Shown here piece after piece: positions 8,857 to 17,449 of a stretch of DNA of 35,202 nucleotides. Source of the stretch: Chloroflexia bacterium. Its GTDB lineage: Bacteria > Chloroflexota > Chloroflexia > QHBQ01 > JAICKM01. The position numbers and the translations under genes were made by a program. Below the pieces are notes generated by a model that was given only the letters and a program-made list of their open reading frames with translations, was not told where the DNA came from and ran no database searches. The stretch lies in contig JBBSAN010000002.1 in assembly GCA_038252265.1 (NCBI GenBank), positions 1 to 35,202 of the forward strand. Direction: 5' to 3'. Numbering within the stretch: the first letter of the stretch is position 1; each line of letters begins with the position of its first letter.

Positions 8857-9765
8857 ATGGTGGCGGACCCGATCTTCGGTGTGGTGGATATTGGCAGCAA
8901 TACGGTGCATCTGCTGGTGGCCCGGTCGGACGGGCACACCATCGTCCCCCTGGTGGATGCCAGCACGGGGCTGTATCTTGGGCGCGAGGTGATCGGGAGC
9001 GGCGAGATCAGCCGCGAGAAGCTGCGGGCGACCCTGCTTAAGCTCCAGGAGTACCAGGCCACCGCGACCGAAGCGGGAGTGCCTCGAGTGCATCTCATCG
9101 CCACCCAGGCGATCCGGGCCGCCCGCAACCGCAACGCCGTGTGTGCGGCGATCACCCGGGCCACCGGCTTGCCGATCCAGGTGCTATCGCCCGAGCACGA
9201 GGCGGCGCTGGCCTTTGTGGGGGCCGAAGCCGTGATCCCCAGCCCCGGCTGGCATGTGGTGGTGGATATCGGGGGGGGCAGTATGCAGGTGGGGGTGGGA
9301 CCGGGCGAACGGCTGGAGAGCAGCATCTCGCTGCCGCTGGGAGCGGCCCGGCTGATCGGTGAGTTCTTGCCCAGCGACCCGCCGACCCCCACCGAAGAAG
9401 CCGCGCTGACCGCCGCCCTGGCGACCATCCTGCCGCCCGTCCTGCCCCACCCCGACCGGGTGATCACTACGGCCATTGCCATTGGTGGCATGGCCCGGCG
9501 GGTTCCCCAGGTGGTCGGGGAGCGGCTGGGGGTGCCCTTCCCGGCGACCCGTCTGGAGGAGGGGTTGGCCGCCGTGCGGAACCGCTCCGCCGAGGTCCTC
9601 GCCGCCTTCTACGCGATGGACCCGGAGCGGGCACGATTATTGCTGCCCGGCATGTTGGTGTTGCGCGAAGTGTTGAGGGGCTACCAGGCCCCGGCCCTCG
9701 TTGTGGCGGCCTATGGAATCCGCGAAGGGGCGGTGCTCCGGTTGGCGCGACTGGGTGTGATCTAG
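8857..9765 (+). CDS. ppx: Ppx/GppA family exopolyphosphatase (short form, no HD domain)
   Basis: VVDIGSNT, ATQAIRAARN, LSPEHEA, VVDIGGGS, GIREG; AAGGAGG SD; directly upstream of ppk1. Confidence 0.8.
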   Translation: MVADPIFGVVDIGSNTVHLLVARSDGHTIVPLVDASTGLYLGREVIGSGEISREKLRATLLKLQEYQATATEAGVPRVHLIATQAIRAARNRNAVCAAITRATGLPIQVLSPEHEAALAFVGAEAVIPSPGWHVVVDIGGGSMQVGVGPGERLESSISLPLGAARLIGEFLPSDPPTPTEEAALTAALATILPPVLPHPDRVITTAIAIGGMARRVPQVVGERLGVPFPATRLEEGLAAVRNRSAEVLAAFYAMDPERARLLLPGMLVLREVLRGYQAPALVVAAYGIREGAVLRLARLGVI

Positions 9766-9779
9766 AGAGGAACGATCCG

Positions 9780-11981
9780 ATGTCGGCAGAAGAAATTACC
9801 GCAACCGAACCCAGCCCCGTGCTGGTCTTCCAACCGCCCATGCTCAAGCCCTCGCTCTATATCAACCGCGAGTTGAGCTGGATCGAGTTCAATGGGCGGG
9901 TGCTGGAAGAAGCGTTCGACGAGCGGAACTTGCTGCTGGAACGGCTCAAGTTCCTGACCATCACCCAGTCCAACCTGGACGAATTCTTCATGGTCCGGGT
10001 ATCAGGGATCCGCGAACAGGTCAAGAGCGGGGTGGTCGAAAAAAGCCCCGACGGCATGTCGCCCTATGAGGAGCTGGTCGCCATGCGCGGGCGGCTGATC
10101 CCGATGCTGGAGGCCCAGGCGGCCCTCTGGCGCGAGGCGTTGCAACCCGCGCTGGCCGCGCAGGGCATCCAGGTGCTAAACTACACCGACCTGAACGTCG
10201 CCCAGCAGCGGGCCATGCGCGAATATTTCGAGCGGATGGTCTTCCCGGTCTGCACCCCGCTGGCGGTCGATCCCGGCCATCCCTTCCCGCACATCTCGAA
10301 CCTCAGCCTGAACCTGGCGGTTGAACTGCTCGACCCCGACGGGCAGCGCCGCTTCGCCCGCGTTAAGGTGCCGAACGTGCTGCCCCGGCTGGTGCCCGTG
10401 CCCTCCGACAAGCCAGAGGGGCGGCACCGCGCCAGCGCGTTTGTCTGGCTCGAACAGGTACTGGCCGCCCACCTGGGAATGCTTTTCCCCGAAATGCAAC
10501 TGATCGAGGTGCATCCCTTCCGCGTGATCCGCGATGCCGACCTGGAGATCCAGGAGTTGGAGGCTGCCGACCTGCTGGAAACGATCGAGCGCAGCCTGGC
10601 CCGCCGCCGCTTCGGGTCCACCGTGGCCCTGTGCCACAATCCCGGCCTGCCCCACGACATTCGCACCCTGCTGGCCGACAACCTGGAACTCGACGACAAC
10701 GATATCTACCCGGTCAGCGGCCCGCTCGGCCTCAGCGACCTGTACGATCTGACGAAGCTGGACCGGCCCGACCTGAAGGACGCCTCGTTCATCCAGCGCG
10801 TGCCCGCCGTGCTGCGCGGGGACCGCGACATCTTTTCCGCCATCCAGCAGGGCGATATCATGCTCCACCATCCGTTCGACTCGTTTGCCCCGGTGGTGGA
10901 CTTTATCCGCGCCGCAGCGACCGACCCGAACGTGCTGGCGATCAAGCAAACGCTCTACCGGGTGGGTAGCCACTCGCCCATTGTCGAGGCACTGCTGGAA
11001 GCCGCCGAGGCAGGCAAGCAAGTCGCCGTGCTGGTCGAATTGAAAGCGCGCTTCGATGAGGAGAACAACATCGAGTGGGCGCGGGCACTGGAGCAGGCGG
11101 GCGTCCATGTCACCTACGGGTTGCTCGGCCTCAAGACGCACTGCAAGGTGGCGCTGGTAGTGCGCAAGGAGGGCGAGGGCATCCGCCGCTATGTCCACCT
11201 GGGCACTGGCAACTATAACCCGGCCACGGCTCGTGGCTACACCGACGTGGGTCTACTCACCGTCCGCCCGGAGATCGGGGCGGATGCGTCGGAACTGTTC
11301 AACTACCTGACCGGCTATTCCAAGCAGACGGTCTACCGCACGTTGCTGGTCGCCCCGATCAGCCTGCGGGCCGGGTTGCTGGCCCGCATCGAGCGCGAGA
11401 TCAAGCGGCAGCGCAAGCATGGTGACGGGCGGCTGATCTTCAAGATGAATGGGCTGACCGACCCGGCCTTTATCGAGGCGCTCTACCGGGCGTCCCAGAC
11501 GGGCGTGCAGGCGGACCTGATCGTGCGCGGCATGTGCTGCCTGCGGCCCGGCGTGCCTGGTGTGAGCGAGAACATCCGGGTGATCAGCATCGTCGGGCGC
11601 TTCCTCGAACACAGCCGCCTCTACTACTTCCGCAACGGCGGCGACGAAGAGTTGCTGATGGGCAGCGCCGACCTGATGCCGCGCAACCTCGATAACCGCG
11701 TGGAAACCCTCGTCCCGGTGCAGGATGACGCAATCCGCAATTACCTGATCAATGACGTGCTGGAAGCGTACCTGCGCGACACGGCCAAGAGCCGCATCCT
11801 CCAGGCGGATGGCAGCTATACCCGCCGTCTCCCGCCGCCCGACGCAGCCCCGGTCGATAGCCAGGCCCTGCTGCTGGCCCGCTCCACCGGCGACAACGAG
11901 CCGGTGGTGCCCCTCGCCGCCCTGCCCAAGAAATACCGCAAGCATCTCAGCATCTACGGGCGGGTCGAACCGCTGGAGTAA
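9780..11981 (+). CDS. ppk1: Polyphosphate kinase 1
   Basis: NRELSWIEFNGRVL, NLDEFFMVRV, PGHPFPHISN, ELKARFDEENNI, LKTHCK, GRFLEHSR, SADLMPRNL. Confidence 0.97.
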   Translation: MSAEEITATEPSPVLVFQPPMLKPSLYINRELSWIEFNGRVLEEAFDERNLLLERLKFLTITQSNLDEFFMVRVSGIREQVKSGVVEKSPDGMSPYEELVAMRGRLIPMLEAQAALWREALQPALAAQGIQVLNYTDLNVAQQRAMREYFERMVFPVCTPLAVDPGHPFPHISNLSLNLAVELLDPDGQRRFARVKVPNVLPRLVPVPSDKPEGRHRASAFVWLEQVLAAHLGMLFPEMQLIEVHPFRVIRDADLEIQELEAADLLETIERSLARRRFGSTVALCHNPGLPHDIRTLLADNLELDDNDIYPVSGPLGLSDLYDLTKLDRPDLKDASFIQRVPAVLRGDRDIFSAIQQGDIMLHHPFDSFAPVVDFIRAAATDPNVLAIKQTLYRVGSHSPIVEALLEAAEAGKQVAVLVELKARFDEENNIEWARALEQAGVHVTYGLLGLKTHCKVALVVRKEGEGIRRYVHLGTGNYNPATARGYTDVGLLTVRPEIGADASELFNYLTGYSKQTVYRTLLVAPISLRAGLLARIEREIKRQRKHGDGRLIFKMNGLTDPAFIEALYRASQTGVQADLIVRGMCCLRPGVPGVSENIRVISIVGRFLEHSRLYYFRNGGDEELLMGSADLMPRNLDNRVETLVPVQDDAIRNYLINDVLEAYLRDTAKSRILQADGSYTRRLPPPDAAPVDSQALLLARSTGDNEPVVPLAALPKKYRKHLSIYGRVEPLE

Positions 11982-12009
11982 ATTTTATTCACCCCGAAGA
12001 ACACGAAAG

Positions 12010-12095
12010 GCACCCCGTCTAACAGTGGTCTGATATCGGGTGGGCACAAATTAGTGCATTAAGCCAAGCATGACTACAATTTAGATGGGGTGCTA
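12010..12095. mobile_element. Small MITE-like inverted-repeat element
   Basis: GCACCCCGTCTAA (12010-12022) vs TTAGATGGGGTGC (12081-12093), 12/13 complementary. The right-end motif recurs at 12849-12863. No clear TSD. Confidence 0.55.
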
Positions 12096-12125
12096 TTCTA
12101 AAGCCGGTGATATAAAGGTGCATAT

Positions 12126-12818
12126 ATGTCGATCCTTCAAGATGCCTATCTATTCAAGTTGGAAGAATTTGATGCTGCAGTAACACCTTATCTTGAAGCG
12201 CTGGCAACAAGCAGTAACGGATATCCTCAACTATGCGCTGATGCTATGCAACTTTACGAGAGTATCCCTCGTGTACAGAATCTCGCTATTGAATACGGCA
12301 GTTGGGATAAAGCCTCGATCTTGAAATTATTTCCTGTAGATCATCCTGAGAGTGCAGAAGACACTTTTTTCTGGCTTTTCCTAATATTGTACGATGCATT
12401 CAAATCAAATCCTGGGGATCTAGGCCTCGTAAGCGAGTGGGAGTTCCTAAATGAAATCCTCAGCAGGCTCGGCTGGCAAGATCAGGATAGGAACCTATTA
12501 ATCCACGGTTTCAGTTTCTCACGTTTTGCTCAAGCTTGGTTACTTAAGCATCCTTTATTGGAAGGACGGCTGGAACCAAGCGTCGAATATTGGGCTGAAT
12601 TTCACCCCTACTCCACTGGTGGGGAAGCAGGATGGCTAGATATCGAAAATATTGATAGGCTCTTGGGCATGCTGCTGAAAGAAGAACCTCGGTTAGTGGA
12701 TTTACAGGAGCCATTGAATACAATAGAGAAAATTCAAAGAGCTTATAAGTCAGCTTTGGACATGCTTGCTGCGGCACAAGAGACTGGTTGTGATCTCTGT
12801 TTAATTATGTCTGGATAA
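12126..12818 (+). CDS. Low-GC hypothetical protein (likely horizontally acquired)
   Basis: 230-aa ORF with AAAGGTG upstream and visibly AT-rich codons versus the flanks; acidic, with no motif I can firmly assign. Confidence 0.8.
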   Translation: MSILQDAYLFKLEEFDAAVTPYLEALATSSNGYPQLCADAMQLYESIPRVQNLAIEYGSWDKASILKLFPVDHPESAEDTFFWLFLILYDAFKSNPGDLGLVSEWEFLNEILSRLGWQDQDRNLLIHGFSFSRFAQAWLLKHPLLEGRLEPSVEYWAEFHPYSTGGEAGWLDIENIDRLLGMLLKEEPRLVDLQEPLNTIEKIQRAYKSALDMLAAAQETGCDLCLIMSG

Positions 12819-12868
12819 AGTTGGATAATGCCCATGTACAGTAGAGGATTAGATGGGGTACTACGAAT

Positions 12869-12910
12869 ACACGAAGGGCACGAAGCTATTTAACTTCGTG
12901 CCCTTCGTGT
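12869..12910. terminator. 17-bp perfect hairpin of 9-bp-period units, probable bidirectional terminator/repeat
   Basis: ACACGAAGGGCACGAAG-ctatttaa-CTTCGTGCCCTTCGTGT between convergent genes. Confidence 0.65.
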
Positions 12911-12932
12911 GCTTTGTGGTGCAATTAAAACG

Positions 12933-14060
12933 CTAGATGGCGTCTTCTTTGGCGGCAATCGCCTGGGCCACCTGCGTGCTGTTCATCTTGCGGCGGCGGC
13001 GCACATCCTTCCAGATGATGCCGCCGACCAGGGCCACCAGCACCCCCAGGAAGAGCAGGAAGAGCGCCTGGCCGGGCAGGTTCTCGCCCGAATAGGTGTG
13101 CATACTGGAAAGGCCAAAGACCGAGACGAGCCAGTTCACCCCGACAAAGGTGATCATCACCACGGCGAAGCCGACCAGCGCCAGCCAGGCCATCGTGGAG
13201 CCGCGCCAGCCGCGCTGCACGCGCACGTGGAGGAAGGCGGCATAGGTCAGCCAGGTGATCAGTGCCCAGATCTCTTTCGGATCCCAGCTCCAGGCCTTCG
13301 CCCAGGCGTGCTGCGCCCAGTAGGCCCCGGTGACCAGCACCAGGCTTTGCAGCGGGAAGCCAATCGCCACCGCGCGGAAGATAAACTCATCGGCCAGCGC
13401 GGTCGAAGGCAGCACCCGCGTCCACCCACCCAGTCCATAATATTTCACCAGATAGAGCAGGGCCGCCCCCGCCGCCACGGTGAAGGCACTGTAGGAGAAG
13501 ATGGCGATGGAGACGTGGACCACCAGGAACGGGTCGCGCAGGGCGGGCACCAACGGGGCCGTCTCCTTCATCGAGTCGGGGATCAGCAGCACGGCATAGC
13601 TGTGCAGCAAGAAGATGATGAAGACGACGAACGCACCGACAGCGCGGGTCTTCATCCATAGCTCGAACAGGAGCAGGTAAATCGTGGTCGTGCCCCAGAC
13701 CAGCATGGTGGTGATGTCGTAGAGGCTGACATAGGGCGGGTGGTCGGCGCTGACCCAGCGCAGGCCGACCGCTGCGGTCAGGAACACCCAGGCCAGCACC
13801 AGGAAGCCCACTCCGGCCCGCCCGGCCCACGGCCAGCCTGTGGCGGCCCCGGTGCCTGCCGAGGCCCGCCCCTCCCCCCCGCTCAGGGTCACCGTGCCGG
13901 TGCCCGCGCCCGCCCCGGCAGGCTGCAAGCCGCCCGCGACCGCGTGGACCGGCTGCCGTTGTGCGGCCATCTGGGCCAGCAGGTGGCCGCAGTAGCCCAG
14001 CAGGCTGAGCAGGAAGAACACGTAGGCGATGACGGTGACTGTTTCTTCGGTAGGACTCAT
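12933..14060 (-). CDS. ccsA: Cytochrome c biogenesis system II protein CcsA/ResC
   Basis: HPPYVSLYD, LVPALR, HVS, WWD domain TGAYWAQHAWAKAWSWDPKEIW, MHTY; ATG 14060 with AGGAGG SD. Confidence 0.92.
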   Translation of the reverse strand: MSPTEETVTVIAYVFFLLSLLGYCGHLLAQMAAQRQPVHAVAGGLQPAGAGAGTGTVTLSGGEGRASAGTGAATGWPWAGRAGVGFLVLAWVFLTAAVGLRWVSADHPPYVSLYDITTMLVWGTTTIYLLLFELWMKTRAVGAFVVFIIFLLHSYAVLLIPDSMKETAPLVPALRDPFLVVHVSIAIFSYSAFTVAAGAALLYLVKYYGLGGWTRVLPSTALADEFIFRAVAIGFPLQSLVLVTGAYWAQHAWAKAWSWDPKEIWALITWLTYAAFLHVRVQRGWRGSTMAWLALVGFAVVMITFVGVNWLVSVFGLSSMHTYSGENLPGQALFLLFLGVLVALVGGIIWKDVRRRRKMNSTQVAQAIAAKEDAI

Positions 14061-14073
14061 TGTCCGCCTCCTG

Positions 14074-15651
14074 TTAGCCGTTGGTGACGGCCCCTGCGAG
14101 GGCATCGCGGGCACGTCCCGCCAGCCGCTCAAACTCCCGTTCAAAGGCGACCTTGTTCCGGTCGGTCAGGCCGCCCATCATGACATCACAGGCCGCCCCG
14201 GCCTCGTCGCGCCGGGTGATCCGCACCCAGCAGCGTTGGTAGGTGATATAGAGCGAGATGGCAAAGCCGCCCGCCATCAGGCTGAACCAGAAAATAATCG
14301 GGAACAGGTCCGAGTCCTTTGCCACTTCCAGGATCGGGGCGATGTCGCCCTTGAGCGAGAAGCGCAGATCGGGCAATTCGGGGATGACCAGATCGCCGCT
14401 ACGGGGCACAAAGTCATTGTAATACGATTTGTCGAAATTCTGGCCGACATAGGCGCGCACAAAGAGCGGCGGCGCTTCGCCGGGGGCACGGGCCACGTCG
14501 GTGTACTGCAACACCTGTAAGGTGACCGTGTCGGTGTTCGCCCGGCGCACCTGTACAAAGTCCATCGGCAGATTTTCCTCGGAGGTGAAGCCGAAGGTCA
14601 GCAACACCGGGTCGAGCGCGCTGCCGGTCGTCTCGGTGATCGGGCCAGTCTGGCCCATCCGGTTCAGCGGCAAGGGCGCGCCCGCCGGTGTGGTGGCAAG
14701 GATCGAGGCGACCGTCTGCGTGCTGACCAGGAAGTAGTTGATCCCCTCGTAGCGCAGGGGATCGTTCACCCGGATGCGCTTCGTCTCGACTACGGTGTCG
14801 GCCTTCAACACGCTCAGGGTGGTCCAGAACTCCTGCACGCTGCTGGTGCCGGGATAATATTGCATCTCAAACGCATCGCTGCGGACGCTCCAGCTTGTGC
14901 CGTGGCCCACGTTCACCGGGGTATGGGGCAGGAAGAGGAGGCCCTGCTCGCGCCAGCCGGAGGAGGCCATGAACGCCGCCGTGACGATCAGCATGACCAG
15001 CGCGGCGTGGCTGACGAAGGTGACCAGCTTCGACCAGCGGTCCCGGTCGGCGTAGAGGTAGACGGTGCCGTCTGCCGGGTCGGTTTCCTCCAGCACCCGG
15101 TAACGGCTGCGGCGCAGCGCCGCCCGCAGCGCCCCCGCTGCCGCCCCCGGCTCCAGGGGCACGCCGCCGAACGTAGCCCGCTCGCTCATCGTCCGCAGGA
15201 ACGACTCGTTGCTGCGGAGCGAGGCCGGGTTGATCTGCCGCCAGATCGGCCCCCAGCGGTTAAGCGTGCAGGCGATGATGCTGTAGATCTGGATGATGAT
15301 CAGCAGGCGGAACCAGAAACTGTTGTAGAGGTCGAACAGGCCGCTCCACAGCATCGCGTCACTGAAGGCCCCGAAGCGGGTGTGCATGTCGGTGATGAAG
15401 GCGGCGTAATCGCTGGGGAAGTCGCGCAGCCCGACCGGCATCTGCGGGATCAGCGTGCCGATCGTCGTCGCCACCGCCAGCACCAGAATCTGGATGACGG
15501 CGAAGCGCACCGAGCAAAAAAGCGTCCAGGTCGCCTCGAAAATGTCGCGGCGGGCACGCCCGGTTGCCGGGGCCGGGGTGGCCTCAGCCGGGGGGCGCGG
15601 GGACGCCGTTTTGGACGGGGGGGTGGTGGCTTTCGCCGTTGCGCGGGCCAT
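14074..15651 (-). CDS. resB: Cytochrome c biogenesis system II protein CcsB/ResB
   Basis: SVRFAV...IGTLIPQ, LFDLYNSFWF, CTLNR, FVSH, IRVNDPLRYEG; adjacent to ccsA. Confidence 0.9.
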   Translation of the reverse strand: MARATAKATTPPSKTASPRPPAEATPAPATGRARRDIFEATWTLFCSVRFAVIQILVLAVATTIGTLIPQMPVGLRDFPSDYAAFITDMHTRFGAFSDAMLWSGLFDLYNSFWFRLLIIIQIYSIIACTLNRWGPIWRQINPASLRSNESFLRTMSERATFGGVPLEPGAAAGALRAALRRSRYRVLEETDPADGTVYLYADRDRWSKLVTFVSHAALVMLIVTAAFMASSGWREQGLLFLPHTPVNVGHGTSWSVRSDAFEMQYYPGTSSVQEFWTTLSVLKADTVVETKRIRVNDPLRYEGINYFLVSTQTVASILATTPAGAPLPLNRMGQTGPITETTGSALDPVLLTFGFTSEENLPMDFVQVRRANTDTVTLQVLQYTDVARAPGEAPPLFVRAYVGQNFDKSYYNDFVPRSGDLVIPELPDLRFSLKGDIAPILEVAKDSDLFPIIFWFSLMAGGFAISLYITYQRCWVRITRRDEAGAACDVMMGGLTDRNKVAFEREFERLAGRARDALAGAVTNG

Positions 15652-15715
15652 GCAGCTTGCTTCTACAAAGGGTGGGGTCGAGGTAGCCGGGCAGCGTCAC
15701 TACTCCTGCGCCTTG

Positions 15716-15745
15716 AGTATACTGTCCGTTCTCCGAGGGTGTCAA
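15716..15745 (-). promoter_or_regulatory. Sigma70 promoter for resB-ccsA
   Basis: Minus strand TTGACA-N18-TATACT. Confidence 0.7.
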
Positions 15746-15764
15746 GTTAAAACTTCATATACCC

Positions 15765-15913
15765 GGGGGATGGGGGATGGGGGCATGAAGTTTGAGGTCT
15801 GAAGTTTGAAGTTTGAGGTCTGAAGTTTGCGCGAGAGGTGACGAGAAATAGCATGTCCCGTCACTTCAAACCTTAAACCTCAAACCTCAAACTTCATCAC
15901 CATCCCCTATCCC
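15765..15913. repeat. Nested inverted 7-bp repeat arms (GGGGGAT + GARGTYT ... CYTCAAA + CATCCCC)
   Basis: gggggat x2, gaagttt/gaggtct x6, gtgacg...cgtcac core, cttcaaa/cctcaaa x4-5, catcccctatccct. Confidence 0.88.
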
Positions 15914-17223
15914 TACTTCGCGCGGCTCGTCGGGGTGCGCTGGGGGGTCAGCGCGACCGGGGTGCGCGACCCCACAGCGGTGGGGGTGCTAGCATCGAGG
16001 CCGGAGAGCAACGTGGTGCGGGGAGTGCGCCCGAAGAATTCATCCAGCAGCGGGCGGGCCGTCGTCCAGTCCAGTTGCAGCGCCTCGACCGGCTTGCCCG
16101 GCTTGGACTCGTAAGGATCGTCCACGCTGGTCACCAGATCGCTGCCGATGCGCATGGTGTAAATATCGTTGCTGTTGAGGCTGGCCGCGAGTTGGGCAAA
16201 GCCCATCTGGGTATTGAAGTCCATGTTGGTTTCGACCATCCCGCTGAACTGGTCGATTAACCCCGGTAGTTGCGGGAGCAGGTTTAGCCCCAGCGCCTTC
16301 TGGCGCACGGCCAGCATCACCTGTTGCTGGCGGCGGATGCGGCCAAAGTCGCTGTCGGCATGGCGGGTGCGGGCATATTTCAGCGCCGTGGCCCCGTCCA
16401 TATGCTGCGGCCCGGCATTGAAGTGGATGTGCTCATAGCCGAACCAGGGGGTGGGATATTCCGGATCGTCAATCTCTTCGGGTACATTAATATCAATGCC
16501 GCCGATGGTGTCCACCACCTTCTCGAACCCGTCGAAGTTCACCGTCATGTAGTACTTGATCGGGATCGACCCGCCCATGTTCTTGCTGAAGAAGCGACTG
16601 ACGGTCTGCACCGCCAGGGCCTGCCCACCGCCCGGTAACTTGTTGAACTCGCCAATGGCATAGGCCGCATTCACCTTGCGCACCCCAAAGCCGGGCACGG
16701 TCATCAGTAGATCGCGCGGGATACTGAGGATGCCTGCCGTCTTTTTCACCGTGTCCACGCTGAGGAGGATCAGGGTGTCGCTGCGCGAAGGGGTGCTGGG
16801 GTCGATGGCCCGCCCATCAATGCCCATCAGCAGGATGTTCACCCGGCCTGGCGGCAACTGCTTGGTCAGGTCGGGGGTGATGGTCGGTCCGGGCGACCGA
16901 ACGGGCCGGGGCGGGCGGGTCGGTGTGCCGAGGCCGGTCGTCGGTTCCGGCGTCTCGGTCGGCCCGTCAACGTATAGGCCGGGTTCTTCGGTGGGCGGCG
17001 GGGGTAAGGGCTGGACGATCTTATTCTCAAGTTGCCAGATGCTCCAGCCCAGCCAGGTGCCGTAACCGCCCACGCCCAACAGGAGCGCCAGCACTGCAAA
17101 GCCCAGGACCCGTCGCCAGGTGAGGCGCGACCGCCGCCGGGCCGCCGGGGGACTATTGGCCGGCACAAGCCGGGTGGGCGAGTCGGGAGTGCGGCCCAGG
17201 CCGCTGGATTGGGTGGATGACAT
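15913..17223 (-). CDS. LCP (LytR-CpsA-Psr) family cell-envelope phosphotransferase
   Basis: Single TM, Pro/Thr linker, NILLMGID, RSDTLIL, SIPRD, KVNAAY, ALKYARTRH, SDFGRIRRQQ. Confidence 0.93.
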   Translation of the reverse strand: MSSTQSSGLGRTPDSPTRLVPANSPPAARRRSRLTWRRVLGFAVLALLLGVGGYGTWLGWSIWQLENKIVQPLPPPPTEEPGLYVDGPTETPEPTTGLGTPTRPPRPVRSPGPTITPDLTKQLPPGRVNILLMGIDGRAIDPSTPSRSDTLILLSVDTVKKTAGILSIPRDLLMTVPGFGVRKVNAAYAIGEFNKLPGGGQALAVQTVSRFFSKNMGGSIPIKYYMTVNFDGFEKVVDTIGGIDINVPEEIDDPEYPTPWFGYEHIHFNAGPQHMDGATALKYARTRHADSDFGRIRRQQQVMLAVRQKALGLNLLPQLPGLIDQFSGMVETNMDFNTQMGFAQLAASLNSNDIYTMRIGSDLVTSVDDPYESKPGKPVEALQLDWTTARPLLDEFFGRTPRTTLLSGLDASTPTAVGSRTPVALTPQRTPTSRAK

Positions 17224-17252
17224 AGACTGTACTGCTACTCTTCAGACACTAG

Positions 17253-17297
17253 AAACGCGGGGGTTGGCAGTAGCTATCATAGACTGCCCCCGCGTTT
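17253..17297. other. Stem-loop in LCP upstream region
   Basis: AAACGCGGGGG...CCCCCGCGTTT perfect 11-bp outer stem with inner GCAGT/ACTGC. Confidence 0.5.
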
Positions 17298-17449
17298 GAG
17301 AAAGCAAGGTTGATACTGCAACAATGGCGTACCACCCACGAGCCGCGAAGATTAATCCGCTCTATTGCAAGAATCGCGCCAGGAACGCAGACCCCTCCCG
17401 CCCGACCCATCGTGTCAGGTGACGCGGCGGGGCGGGCGGGGCGGGCGTC

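Noticed and set aside
12016-12090. Integron attC site (GTCTAAC fits RYYYAAC)
   Set aside because: The matching end reads TTTAGAT, not GTTRRRY, it is not downstream of a cassette ORF, and no integrase is present; better explained as a MITE-like IR.
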